Source: Opitutaceae bacterium (GTDB lineage: Bacteria > Verrucomicrobiota > Verrucomicrobiia > Opitutales > Opitutaceae). Taken from it: a stretch of 61,158 nucleotides of DNA. Under the pieces are notes generated by a model. The model was given only the letters and a program-made list of their open reading frames with translations, ran no database searches and was not told where the DNA came from. The DNA is taken from the NCBI GenBank assembly GCA_035569995.1, contig DATMLS010000045.1, positions 1 through 61,158 on the forward strand. Direction: 5' to 3'. Numbering within the stretch: position 1 is the stretch's first letter; every line of letters starts with the position of its first letter. This document shows, in pieces, positions 35,426 through 46,130 of the stretch. Made by a program: the position numbers and the translations under genes.

Positions 35426-37468
35426 ATGAAGACCCCCTCTTCGCAGAAATTCCCGGCCCGAGGCAACGGCATTGATCGCCATCGGCCGCCGCTTTTAGCG
35501 GGCGTGGTTTTGGGACTGGTGATTTTTTCGCGCGGCGTTTTTGCGCAGCTATCGCCGGATCTTTCGGCCCCGGGCGATTTGAAGAAACTGAGCGTGGAAG
35601 AGCTCATGGACATCGATGTGACCTCGGTTTCGCGTGAGCCGGAGAAGTTGCTCGATGCAGCGTCGGCCATCCAGGTTGTCACCCAGGACGACATTCACCG
35701 TTCCGGTGCCTCGAGCATCCCGGAGGCCTTGCGTCTGGCCGATAATTTGGAGGTGGCGCAGCAAAATTCGCATACCTGGAACATCAGTGCGCGTGGGTTC
35801 AACACCGACCTGGCCAACAAGCTGCTGGTCATGATTGATGGCCGGACCGTATATACGCCGCTTTTTTCAGGCGTATTTTGGGATCTACAGGATTATTTAC
35901 TCGAAGACATTGATCGGATCGAAGTCATCAGTGGCCCCGGTGGCACGCTTTGGGGAGCCAATGCGGTTAATGGCGTGATAAACGTCACTACCAAGAGCGC
36001 CAAGGATACCCAGGGATCCTATCTGGAGGCGGGCGGTGGGACGGAGCTGCGGGATTTCGCCAGCGCGCGTTACGGTGGCACGCTGGCACCCGATGTTTAC
36101 TTTCGAGTCTATGCAAAATATACCGACCGCGGCAGTGAAGTCCTGGCCAACGGCAATGATGCCTCGGATTCCTGGAACATGACCCAAGGCGGGTTTCGCA
36201 TCGATGACGAAGCCTTCGCGCAAAATAACCTGACCCTGCAGGGCGACATTTACAGCGGTAACGAAAACGTCCCCACGGGTGGGGGAGAAAAGGTGGGCGG
36301 AGACAACCTCCTGGGACGCTGGTCGCATTCCTTCTCCGACGACTCCAATGCGAGCCTGCAAGTGTATTACGATAAAACGCACCTGGCGGCCCCCGAGCCC
36401 AAAAGCACTTTTCTCCCGGCCGGGATCCTGACGGACGACCTCGATACCTACGACGTGGATTTCCAACATCACTTCGGCTGGGGCGACTACAACAAAATCG
36501 TCTGGGGCCTTGGTTATCGCTACACCGGCGACGTGGTTGGACCTTCGCCGACCATCGCTTTTTTGCCGGCACACCTCGACCACGATTTGTACAGCGGTTT
36601 TTTCCAGGACGAGATCAAACTGCGGGAAAATTTGTTTTTCACCCTGGGCTCGAAGCTCGAACACAACGCCTATACCGGATTGGAAAAGGAGCCCAGTGGC
36701 CGCTTGCAGTTCAATCTAACCCCGAAGCAAATGCTGTGGACCGCGGTTTCGCGGGCGGTCCGGACGCCATCCCGCATTGACCGTGACTTGGTCGAACCCA
36801 CCGGCCTGCCCAAGCCATTTCCGCAAAGCATCCTGGATGGCGGGGCGAACTACGCTTCCGAAACCGTGATTGCCTACGAAGCGGGTTATCGCGCCCAACT
36901 CGGCTCCAAAGTCACCACGTCCCTTTCGCTTTTTTATAACTCCTACGATCATGTGCGGAGCACGACGCCGGGCCCCCCGGGTTTCCCCACCTTGGGCTTC
37001 CCCCTTGTTTTTCAAAACAACCTTGAAGGCCACACTTACGGAGCCGAGTTCAGCACCAGTTACCAGGTGCTCGATGGGTGGCGGCTGCACGGCGGCTACG
37101 ATCTGCTCGAAGAGCATATCCGCGTAAAACCGGGCCAGGTGGATTTCAGTCATGGACTCAACGAAACCGCCGATCCGCGAAATCAATTTTTCCTGCGCTC
37201 ATCCGTGGATTTGCCGCAGAACGTGGATTTGGATACCGACCTGCGCTGGGTGGACAGGCTGCATAACAATAACGGGCCAACCGCCGGGAGCGTGCCGAGT
37301 TATTTTGAATTGGATGCCCGCCTGGGTTGGAATCCGACCAAGAGACTTGAAATTTCCATTGTCGGGCAGAACCTTTTGCACAATCACCATCCGGAATATG
37401 GATTTCCCGGCCCGACGCGGGAAGAAATTGAACGCAGCGTGTATGGAAAGGTCGCATGGCGGTATTGA
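35426..37468 (+). CDS. TonB-dependent outer-membrane receptor
   Basis: Signal peptide, then a plug domain (VTQDDIHRSGASSIPEALRLADNLEV), then a long beta-barrel with an aromatic C-terminus. Confidence 0.8.
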   Translation: MKTPSSQKFPARGNGIDRHRPPLLAGVVLGLVIFSRGVFAQLSPDLSAPGDLKKLSVEELMDIDVTSVSREPEKLLDAASAIQVVTQDDIHRSGASSIPEALRLADNLEVAQQNSHTWNISARGFNTDLANKLLVMIDGRTVYTPLFSGVFWDLQDYLLEDIDRIEVISGPGGTLWGANAVNGVINVTTKSAKDTQGSYLEAGGGTELRDFASARYGGTLAPDVYFRVYAKYTDRGSEVLANGNDASDSWNMTQGGFRIDDEAFAQNNLTLQGDIYSGNENVPTGGGEKVGGDNLLGRWSHSFSDDSNASLQVYYDKTHLAAPEPKSTFLPAGILTDDLDTYDVDFQHHFGWGDYNKIVWGLGYRYTGDVVGPSPTIAFLPAHLDHDLYSGFFQDEIKLRENLFFTLGSKLEHNAYTGLEKEPSGRLQFNLTPKQMLWTAVSRAVRTPSRIDRDLVEPTGLPKPFPQSILDGGANYASETVIAYEAGYRAQLGSKVTTSLSLFYNSYDHVRSTTPGPPGFPTLGFPLVFQNNLEGHTYGAEFSTSYQVLDGWRLHGGYDLLEEHIRVKPGQVDFSHGLNETADPRNQFFLRSSVDLPQNVDLDTDLRWVDRLHNNNGPTAGSVPSYFELDARLGWNPTKRLEISIVGQNLLHNHHPEYGFPGPTREEIERSVYGKVAWRY

Positions 37469-38040
37469 GCAAATGGGCGCATTTTAACTTAAAGGGCCGC
37501 GCAGGGATCTGGTTGGTATCCATTATACTGTTCTCGGCCGGGCCGGAGGCATCGGCGCAAACCGCGATCTCCCGCGAGTATGAGATCAAGGCGGTCTTCC
37601 TTTTCAATTTTGCGCAGTTCGTGAACTGGCCGCCGGAAGCGGCGGCCAGTCCGCAAGCTCCGCTGATTATCGGCGTGCTGGGCGATGATCCGTTCGACGG
37701 CTTTCTGGACGACACGGTGCGCGGCGAAAAACTGAAAAACCGGCCCTTCGTGGTGCAACGTTATCGCCGGGTGGAGGACATCGACGGTTGCCAGGTGTTA
37801 TTCATCGGCCACACCGACCCCCGAGAATTGGAGCACATCCTGGCGGCCTTGAAAGGGCGCAGCATCCTGACCGTCGGCGACACGGAGGGTTTTGCCGAAG
37901 GCGGAGGCATCATCCGGTTCGTCACGGAGAACAACCGAATCCGGTTTCGAATCAACGTCGATGCGGCGCAAGCGGCGCACCTCGTCATCAGCTCCAAGCT
38001 GCTGAGGCTGGCTGAGGCTTCCCCGCCGGGAACGGAGTAA
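37456..38040 (+). CDS. DUF4154 / YfiR-like periplasmic protein
   Basis: [19 protein letters not shown] signature of the YfiR/DUF4154 family. Overlaps the TonB-dependent receptor stop. Confidence 0.75.
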   Translation: MAVLSKWAHFNLKGRAGIWLVSIILFSAGPEASAQTAISREYEIKAVFLFNFAQFVNWPPEAAASPQAPLIIGVLGDDPFDGFLDDTVRGEKLKNRPFVVQRYRRVEDIDGCQVLFIGHTDPRELEHILAALKGRSILTVGDTEGFAEGGGIIRFVTENNRIRFRINVDAAQAAHLVISSKLLRLAEASPPGTE

Positions 38041-38045
38041 TCGCC

Positions 38046-40745
38046 ATGTTCAAGGACACACCGATCCGGCAGAAACTGGTAGTGATCATCCTGCTGACCT
38101 GCGGGGCGGTGTTGCTGCTGACGTGCGCATCTTTTTTCAGCTACGAGCTCCTGACTTTTCGACAGAGCATGGTCCGGCAGGTCTCGACCATCGGGAAGAT
38201 CGTCGCCGACAACAGCACGGCCGCGCTGGCCTTCCAAAATGCGGATGATGCGAAGGAAATCCTGAATGCGCTCAAGGCGGAACCGCATGTCGTGGCCGCC
38301 AGCCTTTATACCGCAGACGGAAAGTTATTCTCGAAATATCCCGCGAACCTGCCTGACGCCGCATTTCCCGACGCGCCGGCGGAAGATGGCTATCGTTTCG
38401 AGCGTTCGCATCTGGACGGCTTTCAGCCGGTCGTGCAGGGCGACAAACGCATTGGCACGCTTTATCTCGAAAACGATTTGGGCGCCGTGTATGAACGATT
38501 CCGGCTTTACGGCTTGATGATTGTCCTCGTGGTCGCCGTATCCTTCCTGCTGGCCTACACGCTTTCCACGGCCCTGCAAAAACAGATTTCACGGCCCATC
38601 CTGGCGCTGGCGGAGACGGCCAAGGCCATTTCCGAGCGCCGGGATTATTCGGTCCGGGCCGCGAAATTGGGCCGCGATGAACTGGGCCTGCTGACCGATG
38701 CGTTCAACCAGATGCTCGAGCAAATTCACGAGCAAAACCAGACTCTGCAGCGGAACGAAGTTCAGCTCCAAACGATCATTGAGAACCTGGGCGAGGGTTT
38801 GGTGGTGTCCAACCTCGACGGCCAAATGCTGAGTTTCAACCGGGCGGCATTGGAGTTGCATGGATTTTCTACCATGGAAGAATCGCGCCGGCATCTGGCA
38901 GACTTTGCCGCGATATTTGAGTTATCGACGATTGACGGCTTGATCCTTCCCCTGGACCAGTGGCCGCTGTCCCGCATCCTGCGGGGCGAGCAATTGAGGG
39001 ACTGGGAGGTGCGCATCCGGCGGATCAAATCCGACTGGCAGCGGATTTTTAATTATGGGGGCGTGCTCGTTCGCGATGCGGCTGGCCGGCCGATGATGGC
39101 GGTGGTGACCATCAGCGATATTACCGAACGCAAGCGGCTGGAAGAGACGCGCGTGCGCCTGGCGGCCATCGTCGAATCGACCGACGATGCGATCGTCAGC
39201 AAAACCCCGGAGGGAATCATTACCAGTTGGAATCGCGGGGCCGCGAAAGTTTTTGGCTATACCGCCCAGGAAGCCATCGGCCAGCCGATGCTGATGCTCT
39301 TCCCCCGTGACCGCACCGGCGAAGAGGCGGGAATCTTGGCGCGGCTTAGAAACGGGGAAAGCATCGATCATTTCGAAACCATCCGGGTCAAGAAGGATGG
39401 AAAGCAGATTGATGTTGCGGTGACTATTTCGCCGATCACGGACAGCCAGGGGCGGGTGGTCGGGGTCTCGCAAATCGCGCGCGATATCACGGAGCGCAAG
39501 CTCGAGCAAGTGAGGCTGCAGTTTCGCGCTCTCTTCGAAGCGCTGCCCGGACTTTTTCTCGTGCTCACACCCGACCTCAAAATCACGGCCGTGAGCGATG
39601 CCTACCTGAAAGCCACCCTGACCAAGCGCGAAGAGATCCTCGGCCGCGGCCTGTTTGAGATCTTTCCGGACAATCCCAATGATCCCGCCGCCAGCGGTGC
39701 CTCGAACCTGCGCGCGTCCCTCGACCGCGTGCAGAAGGACGCCGTGTCCGACACGATGGCCATCCAGAAATACGACGTGCGCCGGCCGGATGGGGTGTTC
39801 GAGGAACGCTATTGGAGTCCGGTCAACTCGCCCGTCTTGAACGTAAACCGCCAGGTCGAGTACATCATTCATCGGGTGGAAGATGTGACCGAGTTTGTCC
39901 GGAAGAAGCCGCAATCCCCCGCGGGCGAAAGCGGCCTGCGCGCAAAACTGGAACAAATGGAGGCGGAGATTTTCCGCAGTTCGCAAGCGGTGCAAACGGC
40001 CAACCAGCAGCTTCAAGCCACCAATGCCGAACTTGAATCATTCTCTTACTCGGTGTCGCATGATTTGCGCGCGCCGCTGCGCCACATCGACGGGTTTGCC
40101 GAACTGCTGCGCAAACATGCGGAATCCGCCCTGGACGAAAAGGGCCGGCGCTACATGAAAACGATCAGCGATTCCGCCAAGCGCATGGGCCAGCTCATCG
40201 ACGAACTGCTGGTCTTCTCGCGGATGGGCCGGACCGAACTGCAGGTGGTCGAGCTCGACCAGGACGCGCTCGTGGCCGAAATCATCCGGGAGAACGGGTT
40301 CAAAAAAAATACCGCCCTCGATTGGAGTATTGCCCCGCTGCCGCGCGTCCATGCCGACCCTGTCCTGCTGCGCCAGGTGTGGTTCAACCTCATCGACAAT
40401 GCGGTCAAATATTCCGGCAAATCCCCGTCGCCGCGCATTGAGATCGGCTACCGGCTCGATCCGGCAACCGGCGAGCAGGAATTCTTCGTGCGCGACAATG
40501 GCGCCGGTTTCGACATGCAATATGCCAGCAAGCTCTTCGGTGTCTTTCAGCGGCTGCACAGCATGGCTGAGTTTGAAGGCACCGGCATCGGCCTCGCCAA
40601 TGTGCGGCGCATCGTGCAGCGCCATGGCGGCCGCACCTGGGCCGAGGGCCAGGTGGGCGAAGGCGCCGTGTTTTATTTCAGCCTGCCGGTCATCAAGTCG
40701 GCCTCACCGTCTGCCTCATCCACCCTCAATCCCGTACCATCATGA
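38046..40745 (+). CDS. membrane sensor histidine kinase (HAMP, multiple PAS, HisKA, HATPase)
   Basis: H-box [14 protein letters not shown]. ATPase motifs DNGAGFD...GTGIGL. Transmembrane N-terminus. Confidence 0.85.
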   Translation: MFKDTPIRQKLVVIILLTCGAVLLLTCASFFSYELLTFRQSMVRQVSTIGKIVADNSTAALAFQNADDAKEILNALKAEPHVVAASLYTADGKLFSKYPANLPDAAFPDAPAEDGYRFERSHLDGFQPVVQGDKRIGTLYLENDLGAVYERFRLYGLMIVLVVAVSFLLAYTLSTALQKQISRPILALAETAKAISERRDYSVRAAKLGRDELGLLTDAFNQMLEQIHEQNQTLQRNEVQLQTIIENLGEGLVVSNLDGQMLSFNRAALELHGFSTMEESRRHLADFAAIFELSTIDGLILPLDQWPLSRILRGEQLRDWEVRIRRIKSDWQRIFNYGGVLVRDAAGRPMMAVVTISDITERKRLEETRVRLAAIVESTDDAIVSKTPEGIITSWNRGAAKVFGYTAQEAIGQPMLMLFPRDRTGEEAGILARLRNGESIDHFETIRVKKDGKQIDVAVTISPITDSQGRVVGVSQIARDITERKLEQVRLQFRALFEALPGLFLVLTPDLKITAVSDAYLKATLTKREEILGRGLFEIFPDNPNDPAASGASNLRASLDRVQKDAVSDTMAIQKYDVRRPDGVFEERYWSPVNSPVLNVNRQVEYIIHRVEDVTEFVRKKPQSPAGESGLRAKLEQMEAEIFRSSQAVQTANQQLQATNAELESFSYSVSHDLRAPLRHIDGFAELLRKHAESALDEKGRRYMKTISDSAKRMGQLIDELLVFSRMGRTELQVVELDQDALVAEIIRENGFKKNTALDWSIAPLPRVHADPVLLRQVWFNLIDNAVKYSGKSPSPRIEIGYRLDPATGEQEFFVRDNGAGFDMQYASKLFGVFQRLHSMAEFEGTGIGLANVRRIVQRHGGRTWAEGQVGEGAVFYFSLPVIKSASPSASSTLNPVPS

Positions 40746-41197
40746 ATGAACTCCACAGCATCCTCCTCGCCGAGGACAATCCCAACGACGTCGAGCTGGC
40801 TCTCGCCGCGTTCACTGAACACAACCTGGCCAACGAAGTCTTCGTTGTTTCCGACGGGCAAGAGGCGCTCGATTATCTCTATCAACGCGGAAGCTTCAAG
40901 CAGCGGGCCAATGGCACTCCTGCCGTCATTCTTCTCGACCTTAAAATGCCGAAGGTCGATGGCCTCGAAGTCCTGCGCATCATCAAGCAGGATGAAAAAA
41001 TGAAGAAAATTCCTGTCGTGATGCTCACCTCTTCGCGCGAAGAACAGGACCTGGTGCGGAGCTATCAACTCGGCGTGAACGCCTATGTGGTAAAGCCCGT
41101 CGGTTTCCAAGCCTTCATGGATGCGGTCAAGCAGATCGGCGTATTTTGGGCCCTGTTCAACGAACCGCCGCCCGGCAGCCAGCACGTCAAGCATTGA
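40742..41197 (+). CDS. single-domain response regulator (CheY-like REC)
   Basis: [13 protein letters not shown]...[16 protein letters not shown]. Start overlaps the histidine kinase stop. Confidence 0.85.
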   Translation: MNELHSILLAEDNPNDVELALAAFTEHNLANEVFVVSDGQEALDYLYQRGSFKQRANGTPAVILLDLKMPKVDGLEVLRIIKQDEKMKKIPVVMLTSSREEQDLVRSYQLGVNAYVVKPVGFQAFMDAVKQIGVFWALFNEPPPGSQHVKH

Positions 41198-41216
41198 GGA
41201 CTCATTTCAAAGCGGT

Positions 41217-41300
41217 TTGTCATTCTGAGCGCAGCGAAGAATCCAGTGAAGCGTTGTTGGCGAAATCAAAATGGATGATTCTTCGCCGCACTCAGGATGA
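41217..41300. repeat. imperfect ~25-bp inverted repeat (GTCATTCTGAGC family) forming a long hairpin between convergent genes
   Basis: GTCATTCTGAGCGCAGCGAAGAATCC ... GGATTCTTCGCCGCACTCAGGATGAC. Same repeat family as 27099 and 28016/28255. Confidence 0.55.
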
Positions 41301-41329
41301 CAGGGGAAGGCGCAGCTTGAAGATATTCC

Positions 41330-43297
41330 CTACGCCGGCGGATGAAACTGATAAGCGTCGATGGAATGCGGATTGAGCGGGAAAATCGGCCGGCCGAGGC
41401 GTTTCGAGCTGATGCGTTCCAACGTCAGGGCCACATAATAATTATGGCGCACAAAGCGCAGGAAATCGGCCTTGCTGAGGGCCAGGCAGATCGTTTCCTC
41501 CTGGGCGACGAGGGAGGCGGTGGCCGTTCCGTTTTGCAGGAGGCTGATTTCGCCAAAGAATCCCCCCCGGCGAATTTTGCCGGCCCGCCTGGCGCCCTGC
41601 ATGGTCCGCACGCTGCCTTCGTAGATGATGTAGAAAGCCTGGACGTCATCATTCTCCTGGAGGATCACGTCGCCTTGCTGGTACTTGAGGATCTGCGAAA
41701 GCTGCGCAAAGCGGGCGATGGCTTGGGGCCCCCAGTGGGCGCAGAGCGGCAGGCGCCCAAGAAAAGGCAGTTTGTGCGTGAGATTATAAACCATCTCGGC
41801 GCCGAGTTTGCTCACGACCAGCCGTTCGAAGTCGGCCGCGGAAAGGACGAAGGCGAAAAGAGGGGTTTTGCTCCGGACTTCCAGTTGCTGGCTCTGGCCG
41901 TCCACGACGTTGTTGACCCCAAAAATATCGCCTTCCGAGAGATGAAACGCGAAAGCTTTCCGGCCTGATCTGAGGCGACGGTAGGCGGAGGCCAGGCCGG
42001 ACGCGATCAGGCCGACTTGGTCGAAGGGTTCATCAAGCGTGACAATCGGCCGCATGGCCTTGGCTGTGAAGGGACGGAGCAAACCGGCCAGTTCGGCCTG
42101 GGTTTCTGTATCCAGGCGACGGAGCAGCGGATTTTTGGCGATCAACTGCCTGATGGAGGCTTCGGTGAAAGCTGGCTCGACGCTCGATTTCCAGCGCTGC
42201 CAGCGTTGGCGCGAGCGGCTGACAAAAGTGCGCGCGGCCGTGCGCGCGGTAGGCCAGAACTCATTGGTGCACCAGCCCAATCCGACCACCCCCACGGCTC
42301 CCAGCAAGAAGGGGAGAATCTCACGCCAATAGGTGATGTCGGTTAGCGTCGCCCGGAAGGAAAGGTGAAAAAGATTGAAAACGACGTTGGCCGTCAGCAG
42401 CACCCAGCCGAGGCCAAACAACAGTTCGAATCCCGTCGCGCGCCAGTCGAACTGCCGCCAGGCGATCCGCAGCCGCCGGCCGGGTTCATGGTTGAGCGTG
42501 AACAGCAAGTGATGATCGACATCGAGGCGCGGGCGTTGCCGCAACAGGGTCGCCGTCTGGCCGAACAACCCATCCACCGGGCGCAAGCCGATCAAAAGGG
42601 CCGCCACCGGGATCAAGCTCCAGCTTGATTCCATGAAGAGCGCGGCTGCCGCCATGATCGCGAGCGGCGCCAGACGCCCATATCCTGTCGCCAGCTGGCT
42701 GATCGAGTCGGCCATGCGAATGTCGCGCATATCGAGGGCAAAGTGAGGAAAGCCTGTTTGCCAATGAAGATGGGGCCGATAGACTTCATTGTCCCCGGCA
42801 CACAGGACGGAAGCCGCCACCGCGTAGCCGGCACTCAACCCGACACTCACCGCCAGCCATCCGACCGCGCAATCCTGAAATCCAAGCGGCCTCGGTATCT
42901 GGTGCAGGATCATGGCGACAATGGCGGTGAGGATTGCGGCGATGGAAACCGTGAGGGTGAGATGAGCGGGCAGCGATACGAGCCAGCGCACGGCGTGACG
43001 GCGAAAAGGCACGCTTTTGCCCTCGTACAGGATGCCGGCGCGATAGGCCTTGAGGATGACCTCATAAAATTCATTGAGGGCGGGGCAGGTGCGTTGCGCG
43101 ATCATCCGACCCAGCACATCGGGCACGGTGGATGGCTCCATGAATTCCTGCACGACCAACCATTGCTGCGGCGTGACCGTCAAATAGGTTTGGGCCGGCA
43201 CATTCTTGACGACGAAAGCTCCCTTGTAACTGCGTCCGAAACGCAAATCCCGGTTCAACGTTAGCTTCTCAGCTGTGAGTAGCAGGGTTTCATTCAT
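41330..43297 (-). CDS. polytopic membrane protein with two C-terminal cyclic-nucleotide-binding (CAP-like) domains
   Basis: Two cNMP-binding signatures (GDIFGV...; FFGEISLLQNGTATASLVA). Multiple hydrophobic helices in the N-terminal half. Confidence 0.7.
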   Translation of the reverse strand: MNETLLLTAEKLTLNRDLRFGRSYKGAFVVKNVPAQTYLTVTPQQWLVVQEFMEPSTVPDVLGRMIAQRTCPALNEFYEVILKAYRAGILYEGKSVPFRRHAVRWLVSLPAHLTLTVSIAAILTAIVAMILHQIPRPLGFQDCAVGWLAVSVGLSAGYAVAASVLCAGDNEVYRPHLHWQTGFPHFALDMRDIRMADSISQLATGYGRLAPLAIMAAAALFMESSWSLIPVAALLIGLRPVDGLFGQTATLLRQRPRLDVDHHLLFTLNHEPGRRLRIAWRQFDWRATGFELLFGLGWVLLTANVVFNLFHLSFRATLTDITYWREILPFLLGAVGVVGLGWCTNEFWPTARTAARTFVSRSRQRWQRWKSSVEPAFTEASIRQLIAKNPLLRRLDTETQAELAGLLRPFTAKAMRPIVTLDEPFDQVGLIASGLASAYRRLRSGRKAFAFHLSEGDIFGVNNVVDGQSQQLEVRSKTPLFAFVLSAADFERLVVSKLGAEMVYNLTHKLPFLGRLPLCAHWGPQAIARFAQLSQILKYQQGDVILQENDDVQAFYIIYEGSVRTMQGARRAGKIRRGGFFGEISLLQNGTATASLVAQEETICLALSKADFLRFVRHNYYVALTLERISSKRLGRPIFPLNPHSIDAYQFHPPA

Positions 43298-43333
43298 CGG
43301 GGAAACGAAGACGGATGAGCTGGCCGCTCGGGT

Positions 43334-43816
43334 TCATCCTAAGAACGAGCGCACGGCTTCAAGCAGCTGCCTCGTCTCAAATGGCTTGGGCAGAAAGGAA
43401 AAATTCGATTCCTCGGTTACCCAATGGGTGTCTTCGTTGATATGCATGCTGAGCAAAATAATGGGAAGCTTCGGCATCTGTTTCCGCAGTTGCTGGGCCA
43501 AGGTCAGGCCATCCATGTCTGGCATGACGACATCGGACAAAACCAGGCCAATTTCAGCCTTGCGGAGCTGCATCTCAGCCAACGCAGCCTTGCCCGACTC
43601 AGCTTCGTAGGCCGTATAGCCGTTTTGGCGCAGGACGCCGACGACCACGCTCCGAATGGCTGGAGAGTCATCGACGATAAGGACGGAGCGGGGGGTGTTC
43701 AATGAAGGTAGGTGGGAATATGGTGGAAGATGCAGAGTACAAATGCACTCCAAAAACATATGCCTTGATGGTGCCGTGGAAAAAAGCAGCAACGTATCTT
43801 TTTGCGGTTCGCACAA
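43334..43816 (-). CDS. response regulator receiver protein (start codon uncertain)
   Basis: VLIVDDSPAIR...LSDVVMPDMDGLTL REC motifs. Confidence 0.75.
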   Translation of the reverse strand: MCEPQKDTLLLFSTAPSRHMFLECICTLHLPPYSHLPSLNTPRSVLIVDDSPAIRSVVVGVLRQNGYTAYEAESGKAALAEMQLRKAEIGLVLSDVVMPDMDGLTLAQQLRKQMPKLPIILLSMHINEDTHWVTEESNFSFLPKPFETRQLLEAVRSFLG

Positions 43817-44056
43817 GAAGGCATCCTTTTAACTTTTCCAGCTAACGCCACTTCCTTGCTTTTCTAGGAAATTAACGCCTGGGAGCATCCACGCCCCACT
43901 GAATTCAAAGCAGATTGATCGGGCGGGACGCCACGAGCGGAAATACGGCATTGACAGCCCTCGTGGCGTATGGGAATTGGTCAGGCTCCTTACAAATTTC
44001 TGAGCCGCCCAAAACACGGTTCATGTCCCACTAAAACCCGATAACGCCCAATTCCC

Positions 44057-44569
44057 ATGGCCAACAGTGAAATTCTCCTCCTCAAACCCGTCGATGGCCT
44101 CGGTGGCGAAGGCGACCAAGTCAAGGTCCGTGCCGGCTATGCCCGCAACTACCTGCTTCCCCACAAATTTGCCGTGCCCGTCACGCAGGCCAACCGCAAG
44201 CACGTCGATGCGCTCAAGAAACGCCGCGCCGAACGCGAAACCCACGAGCTCACCGGCGCGCAGGAACTCGCCAAGAAGCTGGAGAAAGTCTCCCTCGCGT
44301 TCGCGGTGAAGACCGGCGAGGGCGGCAAGATGTTTGGCGCCATCACCGCCATCGATCTCCACGACAAGCTCGTCGCGGCCGGTTTTACCCTCGATAAAAA
44401 GCGCGTCCACTTGCACACGCCGGTGAAAACCCTCGGCCAGCACACCGTCAAAATCAAGCTGCACACCGATGTCACCGTCGAACTCACCTTTGACGTGGTC
44501 TCGGAAAACCCGATCGAGCCCGTTGCGGCCGCCGTCCCCGCCAAGCCGGCCAAGTCTGCCCGCTATTGA
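44057..44569 (+). CDS. rplI: 50S ribosomal protein L9
   Basis: ILLLKPVDGLGGEGDQVKVRAGYARNYLLP is a canonical L9 N-terminus. Confidence 0.9.
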   Translation: MANSEILLLKPVDGLGGEGDQVKVRAGYARNYLLPHKFAVPVTQANRKHVDALKKRRAERETHELTGAQELAKKLEKVSLAFAVKTGEGGKMFGAITAIDLHDKLVAAGFTLDKKRVHLHTPVKTLGQHTVKIKLHTDVTVELTFDVVSENPIEPVAAAVPAKPAKSARY

Positions 44570-44699
44570 GCGAACGGCACCGTTTCCGTCCTCGCGAAAA
44601 CTTTCGGCCGCGCGCCAGTCGCGCGGCTTTTTTTTGGCCAAATTTCCCTTCTGCCTTTCGGTGAATAAGAATTGAAGAACTCTTTGTTGCATCTGGCCC

Positions 44700-46130
44700 G
44701 TGAGTGCCATGGTCTCATCACTTCCGATGGTTGAAGACGTCACCCAAAAAATCCGCCGCCCGCATGCCAATGGCGGCGCCGAGGCCGCCCCGGTGGCCGG
44801 CCGCGCGATGCCGCACAGCCTCGAAGCCGAGGAGTACCTGCTCTCGTGCTGCCTGCTCGACGGCTCCGACACCATCGCGCGCTGCCTCGAGGCCCGGCTT
44901 CCGCCGGCCGCGTTTTATTCACCGGCGAACTCCCTGATCTACGAAAAGCTCTGCGCCCTTTACCAGGCGCACCCGCCGGTCGAGCTGGCCGTGCTCGCCG
45001 AGGAGCTGAAGACCGCGCAGCAGCTCGAGGCCGTGGGCGGCTACGCCTACCTCACGCAAATCAGCGCCCGCATCCCGACGACGGCCCAAGCCGTCTATTT
45101 CCTGGAGAAGGTCCGCGAACTTTATTTGTTGCGCGAACTGATCAAGGCCGCCACCGGCGCGGTGGAGCGGGCCTTCAATTACCAGGGCGGGCTCGAGGAA
45201 TTCGTGGACAAAGTCGAGCAGGACATCTTCCGCGTCACGCAGGCCCGCGTCGGCGATGCGGTGAAGTCGATGAAGGAGCCCACGCGCGAGGCCATGAACG
45301 TCATCAACAAGATGATGATGAAAAAAGGCGAACTCACCGGCGTGTCCTCCGGCTTCAAGGACCTCGATGCGCTCACCTTTGGCTTCCAGCGGCAGGAAAT
45401 GATCGTGCTCGCCGCGCGCCCGTCGATGGGCAAGACGAGCCTGGCGCTCAACACCGCCGATGCCGCCGCGTTGCCGAAGCGCGGCGAACCGGTCACCACG
45501 CTGGTTTTTTCGCTCGAGATGAGCGCCTCGCAGCTTGCGTTGCGCATGCTTTGCGCCCGCGCCCGGGTGAACATGAAGCTGTTGCGCGACGGCCTGCTGC
45601 CAAAAAATGGCGAGGAAATGCAGCGGCTGGTCGCCACGGCGGACGAGTTCTCCAAGGCCCCGCTCTTTATCGACGACTCCAGCCACCTTTCGATCATGGA
45701 ACTGCGGGCCAAGGCCCGCCGTGTGCATGCCCGCCACAAACTCGGCTTCATCATTGTCGATTATTTGCAGTTGATCAGCCCGACCGACTCCAAAGTCCCG
45801 CGTGAACAGCAGGTGGCCGAGGCTTCGCGCGGATTAAAAGCGCTGGCGAAGGAACTCGACGTGCCCGTGCTTGTATTAAGTCAGTTGAACCGCTCGTCCG
45901 AAAAGGAAAACCGCGTGCCGAGACTTTCGGATTTGCGCGAATCCGGCTCGATTGAGCAGGACGCCGACGTTGTGCTCATGCTCGCCCGCCCCAAAGATTC
46001 CGAAGAAAATTACCAGGTCGCCAGCGACTCGGCTGACTTAATCGTTGCCAAGCAGCGCAATGGCCCGGTAGGAGAACTGAAGCTTACTTTCCTTAGGGAC
46101 ATCACACGCTTTGAAAACCATACTCCGTAA
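44700..46130 (+). CDS. dnaB: replicative DNA helicase DnaB
   Basis: N-terminal LEAEEYLLSCCLL. Walker A ARPSMGKTSLALN. IIVDYLQLI motif. In rplI-dnaB synteny. Confidence 0.9.
   Translation: MSAMVSSLPMVEDVTQKIRRPHANGGAEAAPVAGRAMPHSLEAEEYLLSCCLLDGSDTIARCLEARLPPAAFYSPANSLIYEKLCALYQAHPPVELAVLAEELKTAQQLEAVGGYAYLTQISARIPTTAQAVYFLEKVRELYLLRELIKAATGAVERAFNYQGGLEEFVDKVEQDIFRVTQARVGDAVKSMKEPTREAMNVINKMMMKKGELTGVSSGFKDLDALTFGFQRQEMIVLAARPSMGKTSLALNTADAAALPKRGEPVTTLVFSLEMSASQLALRMLCARARVNMKLLRDGLLPKNGEEMQRLVATADEFSKAPLFIDDSSHLSIMELRAKARRVHARHKLGFIIVDYLQLISPTDSKVPREQQVAEASRGLKALAKELDVPVLVLSQLNRSSEKENRVPRLSDLRESGSIEQDADVVLMLARPKDSEENYQVASDSADLIVAKQRNGPVGELKLTFLRDITRFENHTP

Noticed and set aside
38922-40016. 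364-aa ORF antisense to the PAS histidine kinase
   Set aside because: Antisense artefact within a gene that has clear HisKA/HATPase motifs.
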